From: Oscillospiraceae bacterium
GTDB lineage: Bacteria; Bacillota; Clostridia; Oscillospirales; Ruminococcaceae
Reading direction: 5' to 3'
Assembly (NCBI GenBank): GCA_004557855.1
Contig: SFFJ01000007.1
Coordinates: 1,933 to 65,932 of the forward strand
Length of the DNA stretch: 64,000 nucleotides
A program made the translations under genes and the position numbers. The first letter of the stretch is position 1. Each line of letters begins with the position of its first letter. Below, piece after piece: positions 1-8,526 of the stretch. The notes below the pieces were generated by a model, which was not told where the DNA came from, did no database searches, and saw only the letters and a list, made by a program, of their open reading frames with translations.

Positions 1-20
1 CATTTGAAAGGGGCCTTTTG

Positions 21-611
21 ATGAAAAAGCTACTTCAGCAGTACGGAAAAATCATTCTCTTCATCGTGGTGATTATTCTGCTTGTTTTCGGATTTAAGGA
101 AGCAAGAAGGACCTTTTTGGTCAGTGCCGGTAACCCGGAAAACAGCTGTCGTGGATACCGCACCATCAAACAGGTGGAGAAAAAGTGCGGGTTGGAAGGG
201 CTCCTGAATCTCGATGGTGTCCAGGATTGGTATGATACTTATTATTTCCTTACTTATCCAAAAGGTGACCCCAAGAACCCGACTGCGCTGGAAGGTATTT
301 ACTGCATGGAGAAGAACGACAACGGTTTCGTTCGTTATTGGATCTATTTTCCGCAGCAAGGAGATACGCTGGAAAGTTATATGGAACGAAACAACATAAA
401 GCCGACACCGGAACGGGAGGAAATTAAAATTACAGCCGTATCCGGTGAGACTATTACGGCCTATCGTTTTATAAAGCCGGATCAAGAGCCAACGGGAAGT
501 ATCTACCTGTTTTTTGAGCATGACGGACTTTATTACAGTATGCGCGTAAGAGATTCGATCGATGAAGTAAAGGAATACTGCGGCCTTTTATTATCATCCG
601 CAAATAAATAG
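21..611 (+). CDS. hypothetical membrane-anchored protein (N-terminal TM helix), low-GC accessory gene
   Basis: ORF 18..611 in track. RBS-like AAAGGGG precedes the ATG at 21. Hydrophobic N-terminus IILFIVVIILLVF. Local GC is far below the rest of the window. No recognisable family. Confidence 0.45.
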   Translation: MKKLLQQYGKIILFIVVIILLVFGFKEARRTFLVSAGNPENSCRGYRTIKQVEKKCGLEGLLNLDGVQDWYDTYYFLTYPKGDPKNPTALEGIYCMEKNDNGFVRYWIYFPQQGDTLESYMERNNIKPTPEREEIKITAVSGETITAYRFIKPDQEPTGSIYLFFEHDGLYYSMRVRDSIDEVKEYCGLLLSSANK

Positions 612-693
612 TAAGTAAGGCGCCTAAAGTGACCTCGGGCTTTATCGCAGGCCCAAGGGTTTTCATGCTACGATCAGCACAAGAATGCACCCT

Positions 694-725
694 CCGATCA
701 ATCGACCGGAGGGTGCATTTGCGCC
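694..725 (+). terminator. intrinsic terminator hairpin after the 21..611 ORF
   Basis: tgcaccctccg-atcaatcga-ccggagggtgca is a perfect 11-bp stem, followed by TTT. Confidence 0.45.
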
Positions 726-847
726 TATTACAGCTCCATTTCATCCTTTCACTTTTTAACGAGTGTTGGTTGGCCGATTTGGTTTGATTGTTTAACAACT
801 GCATTGGGCTCATCCCCTTCACTTTATATAACCACTACATTTTTTAC

Positions 848-862
848 TGTTCAAGTTGAACA
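848..862. promoter_or_regulatory. 15-bp perfect palindrome TGTTCAAgTTGAACA (copy 1 of 4)
   Basis: Read directly: 7+1+7 inverted repeat. The same motif recurs at 936..950, 1807..1821 and, degenerate, at 1894..1908. Confidence 0.5.
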
Positions 863-935
863 AGAAAATTATGCCATCAAAATAACCATCTATTTAGACG
901 GCGTTTCCCCCGGTAAAGGGCTAACATTTTTTTAC

Positions 936-950
936 TGTTCAACTTGAACA
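936..950. promoter_or_regulatory. 15-bp palindrome TGTTCAAcTTGAACA (copy 2)
   Basis: Perfect inverted repeat 88 bp downstream of copy 1 and ~35 bp upstream of the -35 of the toxIN promoter. Confidence 0.5.
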
Positions 951-983
951 ACAGATGAAGTTTGTGAATTTTCTGCGACAGTA

Positions 984-1012
984 TTGACATAATCCCCGTT
1001 TGTGAGTACAAT
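984..1012 (+). promoter_or_regulatory. consensus sigma70/sigmaA promoter driving the repeat array and toxin gene
   Basis: TTGACA at 984-989, 17-nt spacer, TACAAT at 1007-1012. Confidence 0.6.
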
Positions 1013-1036
1013 AATAGTACAGGGCAGAGATGCCTC

Positions 1037-1145
1037 AAAAAGCGGTGTACCCTACCATGAGTGGGAGCTAAAAAAGCGGTGTACCCTACCACGAGTGGGA
1101 GCTAAAAAAGCGGTGTACCCTACCATGAGTGGGAGCTAAAAAAGC
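1037..1145 (+). ncRNA. tandem 34-nt direct repeats (3.3 copies), putative type III antitoxin RNA (ToxI-like)
   Basis: Unit AAAAAAGCGGTGTACCCTACCATGAGTGGGAGCT at 1037-1069, 1070-1103 (T-to-C variant) and 1104-1137, with a partial fourth copy at 1138-1145. No spacers, so not CRISPR. The array sits between a promoter and a terminator immediately upstream of a ToxN-family ORF. Confidence 0.6.
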
Positions 1146-1147
1146 AA

Positions 1148-1180
1148 AGGGACGGGCTTTTTCAAGCCCGCCCCTTTTTA
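1148..1180 (+). terminator. intrinsic terminator between the repeat array and the toxin gene
   Basis: agggacgggc-tttttcaa-gcccgcccc hairpin followed by TTTTTA. Its position between repeats and toxin ORF matches ToxIN loci. Confidence 0.5.
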
Positions 1181-1202
1181 TATCATTTAAGGAGACGCAA
1201 AA

Positions 1203-1799
1203 ATGAGTTTTTCTTTTTATTGTGTGGAGCCAAGTTATTGTGACTATTTGCGTGAATACGACCCGAAAGTCCCATATACAATGGACAAGAAGAGTACAAG
1301 GCCGTTTATTGGAATAGTATTGAACATCAATGGGTTTGATTATTTCGCTCCACTAACCTCGCCGAAGCCAAAGCACTTAAAAATGAAAAACCAAATTGAT
1401 TTTCTCAAAATAAACAATGGTATTTGGGGAGCTATCAATTTTAATAATATGATTCCTGTTCCACAGTGCTGCCTATCGAGAATATCTATGGAGATTCTAC
1501 CGACAGATACACAGGATGAGATCGCATATAAAAATCTCTTAATGAACCAACTATCTTGGTGCAACATGAAACAACATACAGATGCTATTTTAGAAAAAGC
1601 GTTAAGACTCTATACTGTCATTACCACAGGCAGAGCGCGCAAGGAACTTGTCGAAAGATGCTGCGACTTTCATAAAGCCGAACTTCAATATTGGAAATTC
1701 GGTATTGCATATGGTGAACCTATCTCTGAAGCACATCAGGAGGTTATTGAAATTGTCCACAGAGCTACCCCGGACCCCACCGAAGGGCGCCGCCGGTGA
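1203..1799 (+). CDS. toxN: ToxN/AbiQ-family type III toxin (endoribonuclease)
   Basis: 198 aa. RBS AAGGAGA lies 7 nt upstream. The N-terminal region ...YLREYDPKVP...RPFIGIVLNINGFDYFAPLTSPKPKH...MIPV matches, from memory, the conserved ToxN motifs (FIGIVLEIQGHKYLAPLTSPKKWH in Pectobacterium ToxN). The locus architecture is promoter, repeats, terminator, toxin. Confidence 0.8.
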   Translation: MSFSFYCVEPSYCDYLREYDPKVPYTMDKKSTRPFIGIVLNINGFDYFAPLTSPKPKHLKMKNQIDFLKINNGIWGAINFNNMIPVPQCCLSRISMEILPTDTQDEIAYKNLLMNQLSWCNMKQHTDAILEKALRLYTVITTGRARKELVERCCDFHKAELQYWKFGIAYGEPISEAHQEVIEIVHRATPDPTEGRRR

Positions 1800-1806
1800 C
1801 ACCCGG

Positions 1807-1821
1807 TGTTCAAGTTGAACA
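1807..1821. promoter_or_regulatory. 15-bp palindrome TGTTCAAgTTGAACA (copy 3)
   Basis: Perfect inverted repeat 8 bp after the toxN stop codon. Confidence 0.5.
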
Positions 1822-1847
1822 AGAAAAGACTGGTATAAATAATAAGC

Positions 1848-1891
1848 GCCTTCCGGTAGTGGCATCGCATCCGGAAGGCTTCTCTCTTTCC
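1848..1891 (+). terminator. intrinsic terminator downstream of the toxin gene
   Basis: gccttccgg-(14-nt loop)-ccggaaggc is a perfect 9-bp stem, followed by the T-rich run ttctctctttcc. Confidence 0.55.
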
Positions 1892-1893
1892 AT

Positions 1894-1908
1894 TATTCAA
1901 CTTAAACA
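1894..1908. promoter_or_regulatory. degenerate palindrome TaTTCAAcTTaAACA (copy 4)
   Basis: Two mismatches to the consensus. It has the same spacing relative to copy 3 as copy 2 has to copy 1. Confidence 0.4.
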
Positions 1909-1919
1909 AGAAAATACCA

Positions 1920-1948
1920 TTGACAACCAATAAATTGTGAGCTACAAT
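1920..1948 (+). promoter_or_regulatory. second consensus promoter (TTGACA-17-TACAAT), orphan duplicate of the toxIN promoter module
   Basis: TTGACA at 1920-1925, 17-nt spacer, TACAAT at 1943-1948. The -10 context tgtgagctacaataatag closely matches the first promoter's tgtgagtacaataatag. No credible ORF or repeat array follows. Confidence 0.45.
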
Positions 1949-2554
1949 AATAGCATAAAAGAAAATACACCCTGCGGGGTGGGGAAAGCCTGCCAGCCTT
2001 CCGCCACCCATCTTTGTGATCGAGATAGGATCACGCAGACTTTATACACGAGAGTGCCGTATCTTCGTGCCTATCATAGCACGATGGAATACCAAAAGTC
2101 AAGCGTATCGTTTCCACAGAGAACGGGGGCTTGGCTTTTCTTTTTGCTCCATGTGTCAGAACCTTGAAAAAACCATGACCGCGGGCCATGTACCGGATAG
2201 CCCGCTGCAACCGGAACCCATTTGCACATGATGGCTCCGGAAGCCCGTTAGTAGAGCACAGAACGCTGACGGTGGTATTTTGGCATAGTCGAAGCAGAAA
2301 AAGATACCTTTGTTGCCACAAGGAGTTTGCCATGACCCTATCAGCAATAGGAGAGCAGGCCGGCAGCAGAAACGGGGATGAAAGACAGATCAGGGAAAAG
2401 GCGTGTGTTGCGCCGGCGTCCGGATCCTCTGGCCAAACTATTCTGCACCCTGCGACACTAAAAAATATTTTTTTACCGCTTTTACGACTTCTTTAGTTAT
2501 GCACCATTAGCGGGAGATCACAAATTTCTTTGCGATTTCCCGCTATGGTACATA

Positions 2555-2644
2555 TGGCGGAGATGGAGGGATTTGAACCCTCGCGGCACTTTCGCACCCT
2601 ACTCCCTTAGCAGGGGAGCCCCTTCACCACTTGGGTACATCTCC
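2555..2644 (-). tRNA. tRNA-Ser (anticodon GCT)
   Basis: The reverse complement reads GGAGATGTACCC...CTCCC-CTGCTAA-GGGAG...GGTTCAAATCCCTCCATCTCCGCCA. It has a long variable arm, an encoded CCA and anticodon GCT. Confidence 0.85.
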
Positions 2645-2672
2645 AAGGGCTACGAATTCTGTCGGAGGTGTT

Positions 2673-2759
2673 TGGCGGAGAGGATGGGATTCGAACCCAT
2701 GGCTCTGACGAGTCACCGGTTTTCAAGACCGGCTCCTTAAACCGCTCGGACACCTCTCC
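2673..2759 (-). tRNA. tRNA-Ser (anticodon TGA)
   Basis: The reverse complement reads GGAGAGGTGTCCGAGCGG...CCGGT-CTTGAAA-ACCGG...GGTTCGAATCCCATCCTCTCCGCCA. Anticodon TGA, long variable arm, CCA encoded. Confidence 0.85.
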
Positions 2760-2823
2760 ACGGCTTATATCGTACTCCAGTATATTACCACATCGCAGGG
2801 CGGTTCGTCAAGCCAATTTGGGA

Positions 2824-3887
2824 TTATTTTTTCACCGCCGCCGGCACCGTGCCGGGGTAGTAGTGGGATAAAATTTCCCGCCAGCCGCTGCCGTGCTGCG
2901 CCATATACTGTGCCCCGTATTGCGAAAGCCCCACCCCGTGCCCGTAGCCCAGCACCTCGAAGGTGAACAGCCCGCTTTTATAATCCACCGTAAAGGCTGC
3001 GCTGCGCAGCCCCAGCAGATGGCGCAGCTGCTGCCCCGTCAGTACCCGGTCGCCCGCCTGTACGGCGGTCACATAGCCCGCTTCACTGCGGGTGATGATT
3101 TTAAGCCATTCCTCCGGTTTCGGTCCCACCAGCACCGAAGCCCCGGTCAGCTTTTTCCGCAGGTCGGCGGCAGTTAGTGTGACGGTGCTGCGATAGCCCG
3201 GTGCGTTTTGATCCCAGCTGCTGTCCACCGGGGTCAAATAGGGCAGCGAGCCCTCCCACACATTCCCGGCGTCCTCGGTGGTTTTCCCGGCCGCAATGGC
3301 AAAATACGCCGCCACAATGGGCTGCCCCTCGTAGGTGAGGATGCTCTGCATGGCGGTCTCGGCGGCGGCAGTCACCTTTTTGCGGTACAGCTCATAATGG
3401 TCTCCCCACATGGCCTTCATGGCGGCATCGGTCACATAGCCCAGCCGTTTCTGCGGGTCGGCCGCAAAATCCGCCCCCTTCAGCTCGGCAGGCGGGTCGG
3501 CCCGGTGCAGCGCCGCCAGATAGTGGGCGTTGGTGTAGGCGGCAACCCCCTGCGCAATGAGGGCATCCGACTCGTAGCCGGCGGGCATTTCCGCCGCGAT
3601 GGCCCCCGCCACATAATCCGCCGCAGCCACCTCCGCCACTTCGCCGGTCGTTTCATCAAGGATGCGAAAGGCCGAAAGCACCGGGAAGGCATCACTTTTT
3701 TCGGGGTCTGGGGCGGGCTCCTCCCGTTTGCTGCCCGGCAGGACGGTCACCTGCTGCTGCGGGTCGGCTTTCTCCTCCCCGGCATACCCGATCCCCATCG
3801 GGGTGCCGCTCCACGCCAGCACCAGCAGCGGCACCGCCAGCATGGCCGCCGCCGCGCCCCCCAAAAGCCCCCAGTCCGCTTTCATCT
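2824..3887 (-). CDS. spoIID: SpoIID/LytB-family protein (stage II sporulation protein D-like lytic transglycosylase)
   Basis: The C-terminal motif GYGHGVGLSQYGAQYMAQHGSGWREILSHYYPGT is typical of SpoIID. There is an N-terminal TM helix. The track ORF extends to 4185 through a GC-repeat region. A start at MKADWG (~3887) is more plausible. Confidence 0.7.
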
Positions 3888-4120
3888 TCCGTCCCCCTCT
3901 CTGCAGCAGCACAGTCCGGCGCTGCGCCGCGCCCCGCCCGCGTGGGCCCCTGCGGGGCCCACGCTGCCCGCCCCCTGCGGGGGCGGGTCGGGCGGCCCGC
4001 AGGGCCGCCCGTGCGGGGCGCGCCTTGTACCCTGTACTTGTCCCTACACCCCGACTATATGCAGTAGGGCAGCAAAAAATACGGCGGGGTGATCGCTCAC
4101 TCCGCCGCAGGGGAAGGTTC

Positions 4121-4954
4121 TTATTCGGTTTTGGCGGTAAACTCAAGCTGCAAAATCGCCGAAAGCATCGCCGCCTCGTCCTCATTCAGCACCGTGGCGC
4201 ACGCCCCGCCGTAATCCACCACCCGGCGCTCCTCCGGGAAGAAGCCGTACAGCGTCTTATCCAGCATAAAATAGTGGGCGCAGCTTGCGGGCAGCTCGCA
4301 GCCCTCCCAGCGCTCGCCGCTATCGTAAAACATGGCGATCGCCTGGTCATAGTCTCCCCCGAAAAGCTGCGAGGAAACCGCAGCCATCGCGTCAAAATCC
4401 GTCAGGTCGGGGGTGGGCAGCTCTCCCGGCGAAGCAAGGATCTCGCTCTCCAAAGCCTCGAAGTCGCCGTCGGGCCGGTTCTCTGTTTTCTTGTTGTCGC
4501 CACCGGCCGTGGTAGGGTTCGGCGGGGGAGCCATCATCAGGCCGTCTGTCCCCGGGCCGCCGGTCTCCGGCACCTCACCGGCGGAGCCGTTCCACATGTC
4601 GCGGTTCTCCGCACCATTCGGCGCCATCGCCATGTCATAGCCCGGCTCGGCCGGCGCAGGCTCATTGAAGGACTTTTTCTGCAGCGTGCCGTTTTGCAGC
4701 AGGAACGCCACGCCCACCGCCAGCACCAGCACCGCCGCAGCGCTGCCCCAGCGTCTCCATTGCAGCCATATCACACCGCCCTTTTTCTCCGGGGCGGGAG
4801 CCGCCGGTTCGGCAGCCCTTTGCTCCTCGGCGTCCATTCGCTCAAACAGCGCCGCCGCCGAAAGGGAGGAGGGCAGGGCAGGACTGCCGGCACGCATCAG
4901 CTCGTCGGCCAGCCATTCCCGGTCGGTATTCAGTTTCTTTTCACGGTTCGTCAT
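4121..4954 (-). CDS. putative anti-sigma factor (single-pass membrane protein)
   Basis: 277 aa with one TM segment (AAAVLVLAVGVAFLL). It is translationally coupled (ATGA overlap) to the upstream sigma-factor gene. Confidence 0.45.
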   Translation of the reverse strand: MTNREKKLNTDREWLADELMRAGSPALPSSLSAAALFERMDAEEQRAAEPAAPAPEKKGGVIWLQWRRWGSAAAVLVLAVGVAFLLQNGTLQKKSFNEPAPAEPGYDMAMAPNGAENRDMWNGSAGEVPETGGPGTDGLMMAPPPNPTTAGGDNKKTENRPDGDFEALESEILASPGELPTPDLTDFDAMAAVSSQLFGGDYDQAIAMFYDSGERWEGCELPASCAHYFMLDKTLYGFFPEERRVVDYGGACATVLNEDEAAMLSAILQLEFTAKTE

Positions 4955-5493
4955 GATAAGCCCTCCTTTCCGTTAGGTTCCTGTAAAAATTTCCGCAGCT
5001 TGTGCAGCGAACGGGACAGTTTGCTGCTCACCGTGCCCTGCGGCAGCCCCAGCATCCCGGCGATCTCCCGCATGGTGTAGCCCTCCAGTACCGAAAGCAG
5101 AACGATCTGCCGTTCCTCCGCCGCAAGGCTTGCCAGCGCCTCACGCAGCTCCGCCCGGCGGGTCGCATTTTCGGGGATGGCCTCCTCCGCCGTTTCGTAG
5201 TAGCTGTCCAGGTCTATCTCGTTTTTGCGGGCCACGATCCTGCCGATCTGCCGCTTGCACCTGGCCGAGAGGATACGGAACATCCAACTGCGGAACGCCT
5301 CCGGCTCCCGCAGGTTTTTAATGCCCTTCCACGCCTCGGCAAAGGTATCCGCCACGGCGTCCTCGGCGTCCGCCTGATTGCCGAGGGTATAAAGCGCCAT
5401 GCGGTACAGGTCTGCGGCGATATGCTCGTACAGCTCGCCGAAAGCGGCCCTGCTGCCCTGCTGCGCTTCGGTTACCAGCTGGGTGATGGTCAT
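4951..5493 (-). CDS. RNA polymerase sigma-70 family factor (ECF-like)
   Basis: Sigma region 2-like DAEDAVADTFAEAWKGIKNL and a region 4 HTH (TMREIAGMLGLPQGTVSSKLSRSLHKLRKFL). RBS AAGGAAGG precedes the ATG at 5493. Confidence 0.7.
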   Translation of the reverse strand: MTITQLVTEAQQGSRAAFGELYEHIAADLYRMALYTLGNQADAEDAVADTFAEAWKGIKNLREPEAFRSWMFRILSARCKRQIGRIVARKNEIDLDSYYETAEEAIPENATRRAELREALASLAAEERQIVLLSVLEGYTMREIAGMLGLPQGTVSSKLSRSLHKLRKFLQEPNGKEGLS

Positions 5494-5906
5494 AACGGCA
5501 CCTTCCTTTTGCGGTGTTCCCACCCAGCTTTCACCATAATAGTGTCGCCTGCGGCGGGTTTTGTTGCATCGCTCATCAAAATTTTTGCAGGGCCCCGGTT
5601 ACGGCGCCCCGCCGGCCGGCCCTCCGGGCCGGCCGCCCGCCCCTGCGGGGCGGGTACGGCGCCCCCCGCAGGGGGGCGCCGGGCGGGGCGCCGCCCCTAC
5701 CGGGCAGGCCCCGCAAGGTCCTCTGCCGTTATTTTATCACAGCTCCCGCCAAATGAAAACCCCACCCCCGCCGAAGATAGTGCAAGATGCCTATTTCCTT
5801 TTCCCCCCCGGCATGCTATAATTCATAGTAAGTTACTATATCTTCGCCCCTGCCGCATCCGGCGAAGGTACAAACCCCTATCCCATAACCGAAACGGAGG
5901 GACATT

Positions 5907-7898
5907 ATGCAGGAGCGACTGAACCAATACCGTCCTATCCTTGCGGTGCTCATCGCGGCGGGTGCCCTTTTGGCAGCCGTCACCTCCCGCTACGATCTGA
6001 CCGCCTTCTATATCTGCATCGGCGCATGGGTGCTGCTGGCCATCGGCTGCATCGTCTGGATGTCCGTCATCACCCGGCAGAACCGCCGCCGCTTCTCCGA
6101 GCTGCAAAACTCGCTGGAGCACATCATGAGCGATGCCGTCCTCAATCTCCCCATGGCCTCCCTGATCGTCCGGGAAACCGGCGAGATCGTGTGGAGCAAC
6201 CCGCCCGCCAAGCAGGCCGTTTTCCCCGGGCAGGAGCTGTTCGGCCGCAACATGGCGGAGCTGGTGCCGGAAATGGACTGGCGGGCCGAAAGCAGCGCCG
6301 AGGGCCGGGATATCGTCATCAACGGGCGGCACTACACCGTCTTTCTGATGCACTCCGCCTCCACCAAGGAGCCGCTTACCATCATCTCTCTGGTGGATGA
6401 TAACGACCTCAAGCACTACACGCAGGAATACTTCGACTCCCGCCCCTATGTGCTCACCATGCTCATCGATAACTACTCCGAGCTGTTTACCGACGCCAAG
6501 GAAAACGAGCGCAGCAGCACCATGGGTCAAATCGAGCATATCATCGAGAGCTTTGCCGAGGAAAACCACGGCCTTGTAAAAAAGCTGGAGCGTGACCGCT
6601 ACCTTGCGGTGGTGGAGGAGCGCTACATGAAAAAGGTCATCGAAAACCGGTTCCCCATCCTGGATGCCATCCGTGCGGTGGAAACCGGCGACCGCAATAA
6701 CGCCACCATGTCCATCGGCGTTTCCCCTACGGCGGGCAACCTGCACGAAAGCGAAACCGTCTCCCGGCAGGCTTTGGATATGGCGCTGGGGCGCGGCGGT
6801 GACCAGGTGGCCCTGCGCCAGAAAAACGGGTATGAATTCTTCGGCGGTACCGGCCGCGGCGTGGAAAAACGCAATAAGGTGCGGGCGCGCATCATGGCCA
6901 ACGCCATCACCGAGGTGGCCGGCACCTGCGATAACATCCTCATCATGGGGCACCGCTTCGCCGACTTGGACTGCCTTGGCGCCGCCATCGGCATGTATGC
7001 CGGCCTTTCCACGCTGGGCAAGCCCTGCGCCATCGTGCTGGATACCGAAAAGAGTCTGGCGCAGCCGCTTTATACCCATATGCTCCAGCAGGAAAAGCGC
7101 TATGAAAACGCCTTTATCTCACCGGCGCAGGCGCTGGATGCGGTTACCCGCAATACCCTGCTGGTGGTGGTGGATACCCACGTCCCCTCCATCCTGGAAA
7201 GCCGGGAGGTCTACGCGGCCTGCCGCAATGTCGTCGTCATCGACCACCACCGCAAGATGGTGGAGCACATCGATAATGCCATCATCTTCTTCCACGAGCC
7301 CTTTGCCAGCTCCGCCAGTGAAATGGTCGCCGAGCTGGTGCAGTATTTCCGGGGCGGCAAGCTCCGCATCAGCGTGGCGGAGGCCGAGGCGCTGCTGGCC
7401 GGTATCATGCTGGATACCAAAAACTTCATCCTGCGCACCGGCGTCCGCACCTTCGAGGCCGCAGCCTTCCTGCGCCGTATGGGCGCCGATACCGTAGCGG
7501 TCCGCAAGCTGTTTGCCTCCAGTATGGAAAGCTATCAGGAGCGCAGCCGTCTGGTGGGCGCCGCAGAGGTCTACCGTTCCTGCGCCATCAGCTGCACCTC
7601 CGGCAATATCGATGATATCCGGGTGGTGGCGCCGCAGGCCGCCGATGACCTTCTCGGCATCAGCGGGGTGGACGCCTCCTTCGTCCTGTACGAGCAGGAC
7701 GGCACCGTCAATATCTCGGCCCGCAGCATGGGCGCCGTCAATGTCCAGCTCATTCTGGAGAGCATGGGCGGCGGCGGTCATCAAACCATGGCCGGCGCAC
7801 AAATCAAGGACATCTCACCGGAGGATTGCCGCCAGCAGCTGCTGGTCGCCATCGACCGGTATTATGAAGAATACCCCAAGGGAGGTAAAGAAGCATGA
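5907..7898 (+). CDS. gdpP: GdpP-family c-di-AMP phosphodiesterase (two TM helices, PAS, degenerate GGDEF, DHH-DHHA1)
   Basis: 663 aa with two N-terminal TM helices. DHH motif VVVIDHHRK and GGGH. It sits in the conserved position upstream of rplI-dnaB (B. subtilis yybT-rplI-dnaC synteny). Confidence 0.85.
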   Translation: MQERLNQYRPILAVLIAAGALLAAVTSRYDLTAFYICIGAWVLLAIGCIVWMSVITRQNRRRFSELQNSLEHIMSDAVLNLPMASLIVRETGEIVWSNPPAKQAVFPGQELFGRNMAELVPEMDWRAESSAEGRDIVINGRHYTVFLMHSASTKEPLTIISLVDDNDLKHYTQEYFDSRPYVLTMLIDNYSELFTDAKENERSSTMGQIEHIIESFAEENHGLVKKLERDRYLAVVEERYMKKVIENRFPILDAIRAVETGDRNNATMSIGVSPTAGNLHESETVSRQALDMALGRGGDQVALRQKNGYEFFGGTGRGVEKRNKVRARIMANAITEVAGTCDNILIMGHRFADLDCLGAAIGMYAGLSTLGKPCAIVLDTEKSLAQPLYTHMLQQEKRYENAFISPAQALDAVTRNTLLVVVDTHVPSILESREVYAACRNVVVIDHHRKMVEHIDNAIIFFHEPFASSASEMVAELVQYFRGGKLRISVAEAEALLAGIMLDTKNFILRTGVRTFEAAAFLRRMGADTVAVRKLFASSMESYQERSRLVGAAEVYRSCAISCTSGNIDDIRVVAPQAADDLLGISGVDASFVLYEQDGTVNISARSMGAVNVQLILESMGGGGHQTMAGAQIKDISPEDCRQQLLVAIDRYYEEYPKGGKEA

Positions 7899-8341
7899 AA
7901 GTAGTACTGAAACAGGATGTAAAAGGCAGCGGTAAAAAGGGTGAGCTGGTAGAGGTAGCCGACGGCTACGCCCGCAATTTTCTTCTGAAACGGGGCCTTG
8001 CCATTCCCGCCGATGCCGGCGCCATGAACGAGCTGAAAAATCGCGAGGCCGCCAAGGCCTACCGTCTGGCCGAGGAGCAGAAGGCCGCCGAGGAGCAGAA
8101 GGTCGCCATTGACGGCAAAACCGTAAAGCTGACCGCCAAGGCCGGCGCCAACGGCAAGCTGTTCGGCGCCGTCACCGCCAAGGAGATCGCCGAGGGCATC
8201 GAAAAGCAGCTGGGCACCACCCTTGAAAAGCGTAAAATCGTCCTCAAGGAGGACATCAAGGCGTTCGGCTCCTACACCGTCGAGGTCAAGATCTATAACG
8301 GTGTTTCGGCCAGCCTGTATGTCATAGTCGGCGAGGAATAA
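7895..8341 (+). CDS. rplI: 50S ribosomal protein L9
   Basis: 148 aa. [36 protein letters not shown] is a typical L9 N-terminus. ATGA overlap with gdpP. Confidence 0.9.
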   Translation: MKVVLKQDVKGSGKKGELVEVADGYARNFLLKRGLAIPADAGAMNELKNREAAKAYRLAEEQKAAEEQKVAIDGKTVKLTAKAGANGKLFGAVTAKEIAEGIEKQLGTTLEKRKIVLKEDIKAFGSYTVEVKIYNGVSASLYVIVGEE

Positions 8342-8526
8342 GCCGCCGGCCGTACGCATCTTCCCGTCATTTCTGCAGCAGCCGGGAACCGGGGCGCAGC
8401 CCCTTTCGGCTCCGCCGAAAGCCGCGAGCTTCGCTCGCGGGCCCGCCTGCGGCGGGCGGGCTGCGCCCCGCGTGCCCACCCGCCCCCTGCACCATCCCCA
8501 CCCCACACAAAAAGGAGTGACCTCCC

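Noticed and set aside
1037-1145. Considered whether the tandem 34-bp repeats could be a CRISPR array.
   Set aside because: Repeats are directly abutting with no spacers, and there are only 3.3 copies. A promoter precedes them and a terminator followed by a ToxN-family gene comes after. This fits a type III antitoxin RNA, not CRISPR.
2668-2871. 67-aa ORF on the plus strand at 2668..2871.
   Set aside because: It lies entirely within the tRNA-Ser(TGA) gene on the opposite strand and the adjacent spacer.
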